Of a DNA stretch of 64,000 bases, positions 52,311 through 64,000 are shown piece by piece. The stretch is from Hypanus sabinus (Eukaryota). Under the pieces are notes generated by a model. That model was not told the DNA's origin and ran no database searches. It saw nothing but the letters and a program-made list of their open reading frames with translations. Numbering within the stretch: the first letter of the stretch is position 1; each line of letters opens with the position of its first letter. The DNA is taken from contig NW_026781846.1 in assembly GCF_030144855.1 (NCBI RefSeq), forward strand, positions 620,001-684,000. The letters run 5' to 3'. The translations under genes and the position numbers were made by a program.

Positions 52311-55300
52311 CCCGTTTTCTTCTGCCGTGTATTGCAGAGCTCCTCCTGGTTTGTGTGCGCAGTAGAATTCTTGTTGCATCTGAACAATTGTTTGCTCTTT
52401 CACATTTTTGTCTGGTAGCCATGTTGCATTTGTGTGTGCAGGAATCCCTGTGTTGCAGACCATGTTGTAGTCATTAACCCTTGAACTCCCACAACTGGTT
52501 TTTGGTTAGTTGTGGTGGTTCAGCTGCAGACTGCAGCAGACCATTATAGAATACAGCCAACTCGACAGCTCCAGGCACCATCATTTATTTGTGTCAATTC
52601 ACTGATTGGTCGTGCACTGTCTGGTCACAGAGAGGGTGTTTATTCCTTTTGGTCAAGTTACAACAAGATCAGAGATTCCCATCCTTTCATATGCCATAGA
52701 CGGATCCCATTAAGCAAGTGGTTTGGTCATGCCTGGTTGGCATCTTGCGCTTTAATGTAGCATCTGCAGGGTTGTAGTCTGATTACTCTGCACAGTGAGG
52801 AAACTTGCACAAAGCTATGCACAGATTCCATTCTTGCTGCCCTGGCATTGGAGACTCTCATTTAGTAAGGTGACCTCCAGCGCATTGCCTCTTCAAGTTT
52901 GAGCTTCTAATTATGGCTGGAGAAGGTGACAGTTTTGAGTGAGAGCGTCTTTACTGAACCACCAATGACTGGAAGATTGTACTCTTTCTGAGATTCAGAG
53001 AATTGCTCCTGAATATTTTGTGTATGAGAGCCCTTCTTCTATGAGAATTGCCTCACTGTCTCCCGTAGCTTTCTCTCTCATCAAACAGGCTGTCCTCTGT
53101 ATGCTCTCAGCTCATTCTGCATACACAAAGAGTACCTGCTAATCCACGCCCGCCGCCCCCCTCCACCTCCATCTGGGAGAAACTGCTCTCTGCAGAAGCC
53201 TTGAAGTCAAGCCAAAAGCTTAGTGTTTTGGCACATCATTCCCTGTACATTGCCCAAGACTAAACATTAGAAACAACTAAACGTTTGTGGATATCCAGTT
53301 CACCAATCAGAAATAAATCAAATCTCTCAGAGTATTCTCAACTGAGCTGTTTTAAAAAAATGTATGTCTCTTTCAAGACAGCCTGCTGTGCTAGAAGGTG
53401 TAGTGTTATCAGTGCAAGTGTCTTGGGATAAATAGGAATGCATCACTGCACTGTATAGACACATCACAATGATGAAAGGATTGAACCCTTGTATCGGTAG
53501 AGCTGTCTAAAGGAAGGAAAAATTTTATTACTATTGCACATCAGGATATTCTGAAATAGCTGTCCAGTTTTGAAAAGGAAAGTCGGTCCTGAGGAGCTTC
53601 GAAGCATTTGATTGATTTTGGCTTGCGGTGTATAGGATATCTCAGGGGCTAGTTCACGGGGATTGGTGTGCCTGTGCTTTGTCTTTTATTTATGCAGAAG
53701 CCAGTTGATCCCAGATATGACGGGGATTTGGTGCCATTCTTCGTTTGTGATGAACAATGAGTTGAGGGTCTGGAGAAATAGGGCAAGCAACTCAAAGAGA
53801 GAGAGGAAGGAAAGAACACTACAGGGCTTGGATAACTGCAAGGAATATTCAGAAGCAATTCATCCACCTGAGCATCAATAGGAAATCAGGTATCTGTGTG
53901 TCAGGGAAGATTTTCTCTCTAAACCCTGCCACCTGTTCCAAACATAGATAAAATAGTTATTGTTTTCAGTTGGCAGAGAAGGGACTATACTTCTGTCATG
54001 CTGCGACTAATATGAAATTTTAATTCCCACATACATTTGAGCTCCATTTACCAAACCTCAGGAAGAGATGCCACATGCAACATAAAATAATACAGTTGTT
54101 ATTATTTTAAGAAATAATAAAATTCCAGAAAAATAACCTAAGTTACAGACTGCACACTGAATTTATCTTTTTCAATAAATATTAAGAGAGGAGAACTGTT
54201 TTGTTTCCAGTAACTTGACTGTATCCTTACTCGATATCCTGCGTTAAGATTTACAGCTCAGATTTATTGTCGAATAAGTAGAGAATACCACAGTAATTTG
54301 CTGATCATGTTTTGTTTTAAAATAACAAAATCAAAATTTCTTTTGAACTGTTACGCATTTTAGAAATACTCTAGCTTGATTACCTCTGATTTTGAACGCT
54401 GGAAGCTATGCTGAATTATAGGTTACGAATTTCTCAATACAAATGATCAGCACACTCTTAATATATGTAATTATTGGTTTCACTATGATTACTGACTTGC
54501 TCTTAGACAAGGTCATTTGCAGGCTGCTTATTTCAGTCAAATATATGTCAAAGTGGAAATGTCTTTCCTTCGGGTCAGTGCCAGTGAATCATTAACAATA
54601 TCATACAATTAAAAGTTCATGGGACATTAGGGTTAAAGTAAGGTGCCTGTGGTATCTTACATTCCACATCAATGCCTTGCTTTAGTTTCTCTTCATTGTG
54701 ATTGAATGAAATGAATGTAAAACTTACATGAATCATCCTCATCTTTCTGGTAAAACTATCATGCTCTCTGATGCCTCTCTGATTTCTACTAACGTCATTT
54801 GATATATGTGTTCGTTAATATCCTCAATATGCATGCAGGGAAAGTGTATTGAATTCTCGTTTCATTGAAGTACCATTGTTTGAAATGTCTGCCTTACATT
54901 CTGAATACGTGAATGAGGCAAAGTCTTCCGGATGGATTTTGGGCACTGTGGTATTAAAATGACACTATGTTCTGGTTAACACATGCAGATTCATTACAAC
55001 GATACAACACTCGACTATTGATCGTGTTTGGCTTAATGACAGATCTATCAGGCAAACCTGCTTTGTCAGCATGGTGACAAATAATTGAAACATAATTCAA
55101 TGAGGAGGAATGGATCTGATGGCAAACTGAAATGCTAACACCAATCCAGGAACTAGTAACCAACTCATGGAAATGGGTGAGTATTAATTCTACACTGATA
55201 AGTTGAGAAGGGTAGATTATACTGGATTCCCCATTGAAGATTTTTCAGTTGCATATTCTAATTAATTGTTAGCCACTTGGTCTTTTATTACTTTGCAAAA

Positions 55301-55769
55301 AAAAATCTTCTCCCCTTACAGTTTGAAAAGCGAAGTTAGGTAGTTAATAACATTGATTGATTGCGTTGAAGCTCAATTGTGCTTTTCAGTAAATTATCTC
55401 ATTAGATGCACAGAGAACATAATAATATTATCTTTCAGTTGATCTCATCCATTCACTCCGTGAACTGGTTTCGCATGCCGGGGTAGGCAACTCCCTATCT
55501 TACTGGGGTTGAAGTTTCCTGGCGACACTCAATTGGTTTAGCCCGCCTGTCGACGCCGTGTACCAGGCTGTTGCCACTTTCTCATGCAGGCTGTTACTTG
55601 GAGCAACAGGTGAGTTCTGGATGGCAGGAGGGGAAAAAAAGGTGTACGAGCTGCCACTGTGTGGAGCACGAAAAGCCTGTTGCCAGAAGTGACTAACAAA
55701 TTAATGTTTATAATATTTTAAATAAATGGTCCTGGAGTTTTTTGCACGATTTTCTTAACCATTGCTGGT

Positions 55770-57810
55770 ATCTGTTTCTGATGGTGATTCTATATATTCC
55801 ATAGAAATCGTCTCCATGCCTATTTTACAGAATGAGATTTTCAGTTTATCGCAATGTACGGAAATGAATCGATATTAGATGGATAATTAGATATTTAGAC
55901 AGATAGATTGTGAAGGATAACATTTAGGAGAAAGATAATTTGAATTCCTTCCCCAGTTGTAAGGAGACTAATGGGTGATTTCCCTGCTTCGAAGGGATCC
56001 ACTACTGCAGTGAACAGAACTGTCAGAGCTCTACAGGAACATCACTGACCAACCCGGTCACTGCTTATTCTGACATACCACCGGCCACATAGATAAAGTC
56101 ACTGCTGGTCCAGTACTCTCAATATTGCAATGTTATTATCACAGCTCATTCGGTCCGACAATCTCTCACAGAACATATCACTGCCTATTCAAAACCATCT
56201 GTGAGTATACTGGTAATTTCGTTCGCAGTCTCATGATGGACACAGCGAAAAGAAGATGTCTGTCCATGAGACCATAACATATAATAGCATCGTTCTTTCC
56301 AAAAGTACCCCTCCACACAATCACAAAGTTTATGTCGATGCACTTTCACTACTGTCCACACGGTCAGTGAGTATCAGAACATCCAGGTTATGTCTTTATT
56401 TGTCAGTGCCGTCTCACTTGCAACAAATAAAATGCTGACGACGCAGCAAATTGCAAACTGGTGAATCAAGACCTCAAACGTGCAATCAATAATGTTTATA
56501 GTACCCTGTACAGCAGGAAATACCTATGTAGTGCGGATAGAACTTCCATGCAACTTATCATTATGGACTTGTTTTGCCGGTTGTACAGTTCAGAGGAGAG
56601 GGATGATCTATCCATGTACCAACGAGTACCCGAGCATCAGTGGAATGTAAAGTCATTGAACCTCGAGTTTTGTTATTATTGTTGTACTGATATCAGGAGC
56701 GCCCCGGTTGTTAAGGAGAGATGTTCACTCTTTCTTAACTCTACCATCACGTTGGGCCTTGTTTATATATCGAGGCTGGGGCACATTTTTATTTACGTAA
56801 GTATAAATGAAATTAGTCGTTATTTATTTGCAAGTCTTGTACACTCTTTTACTTAGCCGGTCCGCATAGAAATAATCCGGATATTTTTCAGTGTGTTTGC
56901 GGATAAAGACCCTTATTGACGAAATCAGGTACAGCTTGTGTTCAGTCGGGTCAGATAATGGGAACCACCAAGAATGTATTGTCTTTATCACTAACACCTT
57001 TACACAACCAACATGTTTTTCACTGACGTCTCATGCCAAGTAAATACAATAGTAAATACAATTGTTAAAATACCCGCGATAGATGTAAATATACGGTAGG
57101 TTTTCTTAAACCTTGGAAAAATGTGCTGTATGCAGCGAATAAATATGGATTTTATTGTTGTTTCAAGCAGGAGGTGTAGAACAACAAGAGCAAATTATTG
57201 CACATCACTGGTCCGATTAATCACAGTCAAGATGAGATGAAGTTAACCCCTTGTAGTTTGCACTACGAAATACACTCAGCTAAATGTTTGTGTACATTCA
57301 CAAAGACAGCTTTTTCTAACACATTTTGTAATAATTTGTAAATATGGCTCGAATGAGAGAAAACTTTCTAAGGAAAATAATAGAGGCCAGGACTCCGCAG
57401 TTGAGCAGTAAAGAGAAACACAGCCACATGAATATGCACAATATGTAGAAGGTAACACGTGAAATCAGAAAGCGGAGGAAATACCCTTCTTGTCCAGCTA
57501 TCTGTCAATTCTCAACTTCCGGTCACAGATTGTCATCTATAAAACAAAACGAAATTCGGTATTTTTAAACTGAAGTCCGCTGATGTTATTTTCTATGACC
57601 TATCCATTCAAATTTAAATCTGGACGCTTGTGCGAATCAGTAGAAACAGAATCGGAGGTTCTTAAAGATGTGCCAGTTGTATTCATTGGCTGGAGTTGTG
57701 GTCCGATCGGGAAAGTATTGTTACTGAATCACTTACTGTGAAATGGTTTGCGCAGCTTTACGCTGTATACTGCACTTTTATGCGGTTTCGTGCCATGAGG
57801 AATATTTCAA
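55770..57810. repeat. Non-coding segmental duplication (partner of 2890-4900 and 25480-25960)
   Basis: Same anchors as above; 56925-57260 also matches 25635-25950 in direct orientation. Confidence 0.85.
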
Positions 57811-58522
57811 ATATATTTGAATGCATCCTGTGTCCTTCTAAACAGACATTTAACAGTTTGAAATACATTTTCTGAATATTTTGCAAGGAGTGTGTCTGTT
57901 TCGTTGTTCCTGCAGGTTTGTGTAGTGAAGCAAGAAAGGTTGATTGTGCATCACAGATGAGATTAACAATATTCGAGAAGACATTTAGTCAACGCGCTGC
58001 TGTTCGCCATTACAGGCTCACGTGGTATTTATTTTTGTAAAATGGAAAGAAGACCAAATTTTGAAGGATTTTGAAAACATATATAAATGAGACTATTGTT
58101 CCAATAATTGAGAAATAAAGAACTAGAGGGTTTTGCACTTTCAACATTTTTCGACCCAACCGCCGGACCCCATCTCTATCACTTCCTGGACAGCCACAGC
58201 TGGAAAAAGGAACCAAGCAGGCACGAAGCTCACAAACTGATTGCAGTACGATCACAGGCGGAGCTTCGTCGTTCAAATGGAGACTCAATTTGACACAGTT
58301 AATAGTTTGTTTTATTTTGTAATAACCTCAGCGACAGCACTGAGGAAATTGGAGGGACAAATTTTGACCAATGAAGTGGGTAGGCATATGGAAAGAGCTG
58401 ACCGTGGACATTTTCGAGTTATACACTTCCTCAACAGTCCATGAATTGGCTACAGTAATTGGGTAGTACATGAATAGAAATGATTTAACGGGATAAGGGT
58501 CACAGCGAGCTAATGAGTTCAG

Positions 58523-58524
<2 letters not shown>

Positions 58525-58564
<40 letters not shown>
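58525..58564. repeat. (CT)n microsatellite
   Basis: Direct observation. Confidence 0.95.
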
Positions 58565-58568
<4 letters not shown>

Positions 58569-58794
58569 TGTGGAAGGAGATTTACTCTGTCTGATCCCTG
58601 AGTGTGTGATGAGACGGCGTGAAGCGATCATCACTGTGCGGAGTGAGATGGGAGAATCTCTCTCTCCCTCTCTCCCATCCTTCCTCCCTGTCTCTCGTTC
58701 TGGTTCTCTCTTGCATGTGTCATGTCAGATGTCACTGCAAGATGTTGGTAAATCAGACAAATTGTACCTATAGTATCCAATGCCCTATTTGTTC

Positions 58795-58965
58795 GCAAAC
58801 ACGAGGATATCTGCAGATGCTGGAAATTAAAAGAACACACACAAAAAAACTGCTGTTGAACGCAGCGGGCCAGACAGCATCTATAGGAAGAGGTACAGTC
58901 AACGTTTCGGGCTGAGACCCTTCGTCAGGGCTAACTGAAAGAAGAGATAGTAACGATTTGAAAGG
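58795..58965 (-). mobile_element. Penelope-like terminal fragment
   Basis: CTGCAGATGCTGGAAAT...CAGCATCTAT...ACGTTTCGGGCTGAGACCCTTC, shared with 37125-37240. Confidence 0.7.
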
Positions 58966-60413
58966 TTGTGTTCCCTTGCTTTACCTCAATGAACTATGTA
59001 ATGATTTGAATATTGTGAGAAGTATGTTTGTAAAGGTGCTCACAGCATATCGGAACACAGTACATGTCAGAATACTAATTCCAATTCCACATAACGTCCT
59101 TACGGCATTTTTTCTTCAAAGAGATTCTGGGTAAATACATGAGGAAGACTAACAGGAGCATAGTGTTACAGGCTAAGTGCAATAGATCTGAATTGCCATA
59201 TCCCAAACACAGCCCGAATGTGCGAAATTCACTCTTCCAATGTAAACATTTCCAATTACTTAACTACAAATTACACTCCCATTGACCCGCCAGTAGACTC
59301 ATCACATTGCCAAATGCTATCTGTGCCTGTTGAATATTCACCTGGTGAATATTCTCCAAAGCCTATTCTGATAAAATCGCCAATAGGTAGATTCCACAGT
59401 TCGCCCTGACTCTCGCTGTTGTTGCGTTTGTGATGGGAAATTGAGATAATCAGGCCTCCATTAAAGCTGCAGCGACACTAAGAGTTGCTGAAATTTGTTC
59501 GTCTTGAGCGTCATCGTTAAGCCAGACTACAGTGAAATTGCAGAGACCAAAAGAGGCTACTCACTATCAAATTTCTTCCATCCCACAGAGACATGTTTTT
59601 AGTTCCAGCTGGACGCCTCTAACCTTCGGAATTCAAATCTCACATCAACTAAACGGCGTGTCTCCGTTTCAGACTCGTTTCATCTACCACACCGCTACAT
59701 TACACCAGAACGTAACACAATATGATCAGCATTAATCCCTATGGGGTCTCAAACCTCGGTCAATATTTCCAGCCTATCACCAGGCCGAATCAAACAGCTC
59801 GAATCAAACCGCATCACAACAGTTTCTCAGTACACACTGAACCAACGGATATACACTTATCAGTTATCAATGTATATTCCAGCCATATCCAGAAAACCGG
59901 TGATAGTATCTAAGTTAGTTATGTAAGTGTTTACACATATCAGGGTTAAATGAAAGAATCTCCGCCTCCAACCCTCTGTGACACGATGTATTTCATCAAG
60001 AGATTTCCAGGAGGTCATGGGTTGCGTAGTATTATGGACCTGGTGACGATCTTGAGTGCAGAATCTGGGGAGTGGTTGGTGGTGGAATTTTTTCGTGTCA
60101 AAACGTTTTTTTTTCCTTAGAAATGTCGAGATTTTTGAAGTAGTCCGTTCGCAGTGATTCATCCGGTGGTGTTGCTGCCTTTGGAGTGATTCCTGTTGCT
60201 GGAGAAGCCAAGGGGCGGAGTGAAACGGCTTAGGTGTTGAACGCACCAAGGCAGAAAAAGGAAATTGATTCAGGGAGTGAGTGAAGGAGGGAGACAAACG
60301 ACATGGTAGGGAGCCGCACGGTTGGATATACCTCTATAGTGTTTGGGCAGAGAGTACTTTGAACCCACGAAATCGAAGGGGAAGAAATGGTAGATCAAAA
60401 CTTAAGCCATGGT

Positions 60414-61795
60414 TGTCATATGGTGGAGTTGGGAGCGGACCCAAACGCAAGACCCAGACACTGACGTACTAGGAACAGGACAGGCCTCGTGATTAGATAT
60501 AGGAACGTGACTTGATGCAGTCTAGTTGCTGGGACAAGTACACAGACTTTGGCTAGGACATTGGCTAGGAAAGCGGGAGCAGGAGAAAGAGCTGAGAACA
60601 AGGAACCTGGGATTTGAATCCGAGCCAGAGACTGGACAAGGACCCAGAACTTGGGTCTTCACTTGGGCTCGGACCACGGAAATAGACGACGACATGACGT
60701 GTCTGCAGAAGTGGATATGGCTTGGGTACCTCATAGCTTGGGTACCTTATGGCTTGGGTAATTCATGGCTTGGGTTCATGGCTTGGGTACGTCATGGCTT
60801 GCGTACCTCACGGCTTGGGTACCTCATAGCTTGGGTACCTCATGGCTTTGGTACTTCATGGCTTGGGTACCTCATGGCTTGTGTACTTCATGGCTTGGGT
60901 ACTTCATGGTTTGGGTACTTCATGGCTTGGGTTCTTCATGGCTTGGGCACTTCATGGCTTGGGTTTTACATGGCTTGGGTACCTCATGGCTTGGGTTTTA
61001 CATGGCTTGGGTACCTCATGGCTTGGGTTTTGCATAGCCTGGGCTCTTCGAGGCGAGGACATGACGAGGCTTGGGTTCGGATCCGAACCAGGGACTGGAC
61101 AAGTACCCAGAACCTGGGACTTGACACGGGAACGGAGTCCGGTACTAGGCAAAGACATGACGTAGTCTTCTGAGAAAGGACTAGGCGAAGCGAATGTGAG
61201 ACTCCTGGGCAGGACGAGGGAACTCCAGCACAGGACGAAGCACATGGACCGGACGAGAGCACGGAGCCTTTGACTTGGAACTCAGGAAGAGACGAGCCTT
61301 GGACTTGAGACGACAAGAACCTCGGAACCTTGGTCTTTGGGAGGACAGAAACAAAGGGAAACTAGAGCCGGGACCCCTCCTTAGGAACAGGACTTATAGC
61401 CGGGACTCCTACACGGGACACAGAGCCATGACCGCTCCTTGGGAACAGGACATGGGGCCGGCGCGCTGCACAAAATGACGATTACGACGAGACGGTTCTT
61501 CAACACCAGGTAGCGGCAAACGGCCGGACAGACCTAGCGCAGGCGTAGATACAGACAGTTCCAAGTCAACGATAGAAACAGTTCCTTATCATGAGACAGC
61601 AAGAATCCGTTCTCGCTCCGATTGTAGAACTTCAGAAGGTTGCAGGCAGGGATCCAGACACAGGTTGCAGCAAGGCTTCAGAAGGAATGGCAAGGTAGTT
61701 GAACATCCCAGCCTCAGGGTAACGGCAGAGACTGACTGGCTTACCCAACGGAGGCAAGGACAGGATTGGACAGGTCCAAACCTCAGGGTAACGGT
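60414..61795 (-). mobile_element. Solo-LTR-like element (family C) carrying a 16-bp minisatellite
   Basis: TGTCAT...GCGGACCCAAACGCAAGACCCAGAC...ACTAGGAACAGG, shared with the 48242 and 22844 copies. Confidence 0.7.
60716..61040. repeat. 16-bp minisatellite (CATGGCTTGGGTACCT), about 20 units
   Basis: Directly visible tandem array; it produces the spurious repetitive ORFs at 60526-61173. Confidence 0.95.
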
Positions 61796-61801
61796 AAATA
61801 G

Positions 61802-62645
61802 GTTCAAAGGTCCAAAGGTTCAAAGGTTCAAAGGTCCAAAGGTTCAATGGTTCAAATATAAGACGAATGTATATAATATGCATCAAGAAATGCTTTTGCT
61901 TTTTCTCTGCAAACATCCACGAAAATAAAGTGCCACTAAGAATGTACGGCAGTTAAACGTAGGGTCCCAAAGATCACTCCCCAGCTGCCATTACCCTTGT
62001 GCGAAAGCGTCAGCAAACAAGGATTCCCCTCCTGCTCCCACCACCAAACTAGCATCAGCACCCACCACCGAGCACTCAAGCGGGAGCAATACAGTAGCAA
62101 AGACACAGACTTGTATTTACCCCGAAAACCTGGCGTGTCACCTGGAATTCGACGCAACGCAGGTACTCTGTCTCCCTTATAAGGGACAAGAATATGGCTC
62201 TGTTATTTTACCCAGCAAGCGGGAGACATGACAAGCAAATCGTTGGTTCACGATGTCAAAATTCCGTCACGTCGCTTTTGCCGAGATTTGTTCCCAAAGT
62301 TCTCAAAACCCCGGATCTTTCGACGCACAACAGCAGACTTTCAGGCACCAGCGACAAGACACTGTACTCCTGTCGAGACACCGATCCTCGGTCCGCCCGT
62401 TTCCAGAGCACCGAGATCTTAGACTTCCAAATCAGAGTAGGATTCTCGGGCCGAACCCTCAGCATTCCGAACTACAGCCAGTCCCAGAATCCCGAAAACG
62501 GGGCCCCTTCCCGCAAAGAACCGAAGTCAACGTCTAACTACTGATCAGGGTCTTCAAAAGAAAGGGAGAACTAAAGATATTAAAGATGAAAATAGAGCTG
62601 TTTTAGAAGATGCAAGCAAAGGTGTCGCCGCTTACCGCCATCTTG
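61802..62645 (-). mobile_element. Non-autonomous retroposon, ~840 bp, with 5' CAAGATGGCG and (GAACCTTT)n tail
   Basis: The minus strand starts CAAGATGGCGG (62645) and ends in an 8-bp tandem tail at 61802-61856; second copy at 51134. Confidence 0.65.
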
Positions 62646-62649
62646 AATT

Positions 62650-62790
62650 CTCACAGCCTCCCATGGAGCTTAGAAAAATACAGGGCTCTGGGTCACCCAG
62701 GTAACTTCGAAAGAAAGTTTCATGTCGGCACAGCATTGTGAGGTGAAGGGCTTGTATTGTGGCAGGTTGTCTATGTTTCTATGGTTCTAA
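62650..62790 (+). mobile_element. Short CR1 3' end
   Basis: Colinear with 20680-20805; CTATGTTT-type tail. Confidence 0.7.
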
Positions 62791-64000
62791 ATTCCTCGGG
62801 ATATTGGCACTGAGTGCATCTTATTTCGTGTGAGGCGAGATGTCACCATCTCCTGCAACTATTCCCAACTCTTTGTGTCGTGACGTAACGAAACATATGT
62901 ATGCAGAAGCTCAGCATGCGCAGCCTGCAGCACAGTTTCGAATGGCAACTGTTTCAGGTATTTTCTGGGCGATGTTCACAGCGAATACTCAGCTGGCGTT
63001 TGTTATCTGAAACCGACAGGCACGTTCTCACATTGAATTGTACTGCTTCAATTCTACTCTGAAATTAAGAAATTTACATGTGCAGCAACTTTCCATTGTG
63101 AAGCAGCACAATGTGCCGAGATCCCGTGGCGACAAGAGATTTAGTGCTGCCTACAGATTAGCTAAGTTACGGATACTGAGTAGAATTACTTATCCCAATT
63201 CTGGCCATTTTCAAATACGTCATTCCATGGTTTGCTCTCTATTCGGCTCTAAAACACCAAATAAGAATCAGACGAAAGTAATCACAAGCAAGTGATTTGT
63301 CTCCAAATGCCAATTCCCACAGACAAACAATCTACCTGAGCCACAGTAGGAGAATAATACATTTACAAAATTTCCTAAATCAACTGGCCGGTTGCTGTTC
63401 AATGGAACATGATTTTCCACCAGTCAGCTACTCCTTGTTCAAAATATGAAAAACAAAAACATCTCCTGACGTATTTTGATCTCGCCCTCTAGTACAATTT
63501 GGCATATTTTCGGAATGCTTTCCTGAAGTATGCCTGTCATTCCCTTATTCCCCTATTGTCATCAAAATACCTAGCAGGCGCTAGGTGTTCTTTTCGTTGT
63601 CTAATTCGCAATATCCAAAAACATTTTCCTGATTTCACGTTGCACCCTGACTGGTGTTTGTAGGCTGTACTTTTCAGAGTACAAATCTTCCTCGGTAGCT
63701 CTTACTTCTCTGCTGAAGTTTTGCCAGCAGTCACCTCATCTTAGTCTGCTTCCAGTAAGACCCATCATCGCCTAAAGCAGGTAATGGAGGTCAGCTGGCC
63801 GATGACAGTTTGAAACAAGTTGACAGGTTCGGCCGGAACATTGCTTCGTGTTCTAAGACACGTGATACTCAGCTCGTTAGTATTGCCTAAGTAGTGTCTA
63901 GGCCCCTATACTAGATAATTGAAGATACTAGAAGAGATCCCGTATTTCAACAGCAATCGAGAATTGAATGAAATGCGAAAACAACAACTCATACAGACAG

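Noticed and set aside
60526-61173. 215-aa hydrophobic repetitive ORF and overlapping ORFs
   Set aside because: Translation artefact of a 16-bp minisatellite, with the same motifs cycling through all three frames.

Overview
This is eukaryotic (vertebrate) DNA from a gapped scaffold, with N-gaps at 4581-4794, 27315-27754, 36110-36298 and 41780-41972. The repeat content (dense CR1 LINEs, Penelope-like GIY-YIG fragments, Rex1/Babar, L1-clade, Tc1, solo-LTR-like elements) and the gene types suggest a cartilaginous fish, probably a ray or skate; this is inference. The window is a GPCR birth-and-death cluster. It holds one intact two-exon GPR139/GPR142-like receptor (-, 41346-39884, 327 aa), two GPR139-like pseudogenes (+ 7978-9520; - ~12735-12030) and an orphan dead exon 1 (2352-2421). 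It also holds an intact muscarinic M2-like receptor with a single coding exon (+, 45581-46993, 470 aa) lying head-to-head with the intact GPR139-like gene. The main finding is that this M2-like receptor keeps D3.32, Y3.33, DRY, NPxxY and the Gi-coupling VTIL motif, yet has clustered changes at normally invariant pocket and switch residues: S3.36G, N3.37Y, A5.46G (one of the two engineered DREADD mutations), F6.44C, N6.52S, and EDGE->KVGE/Y->H in ECL2. That pattern suggests a duplicated ACh receptor retuned for another ligand inside an expanded orphan-GPCR array. Multi-kb non-coding paralogous blocks record the local duplication history. Repeat boundaries were read by eye and are approximate.
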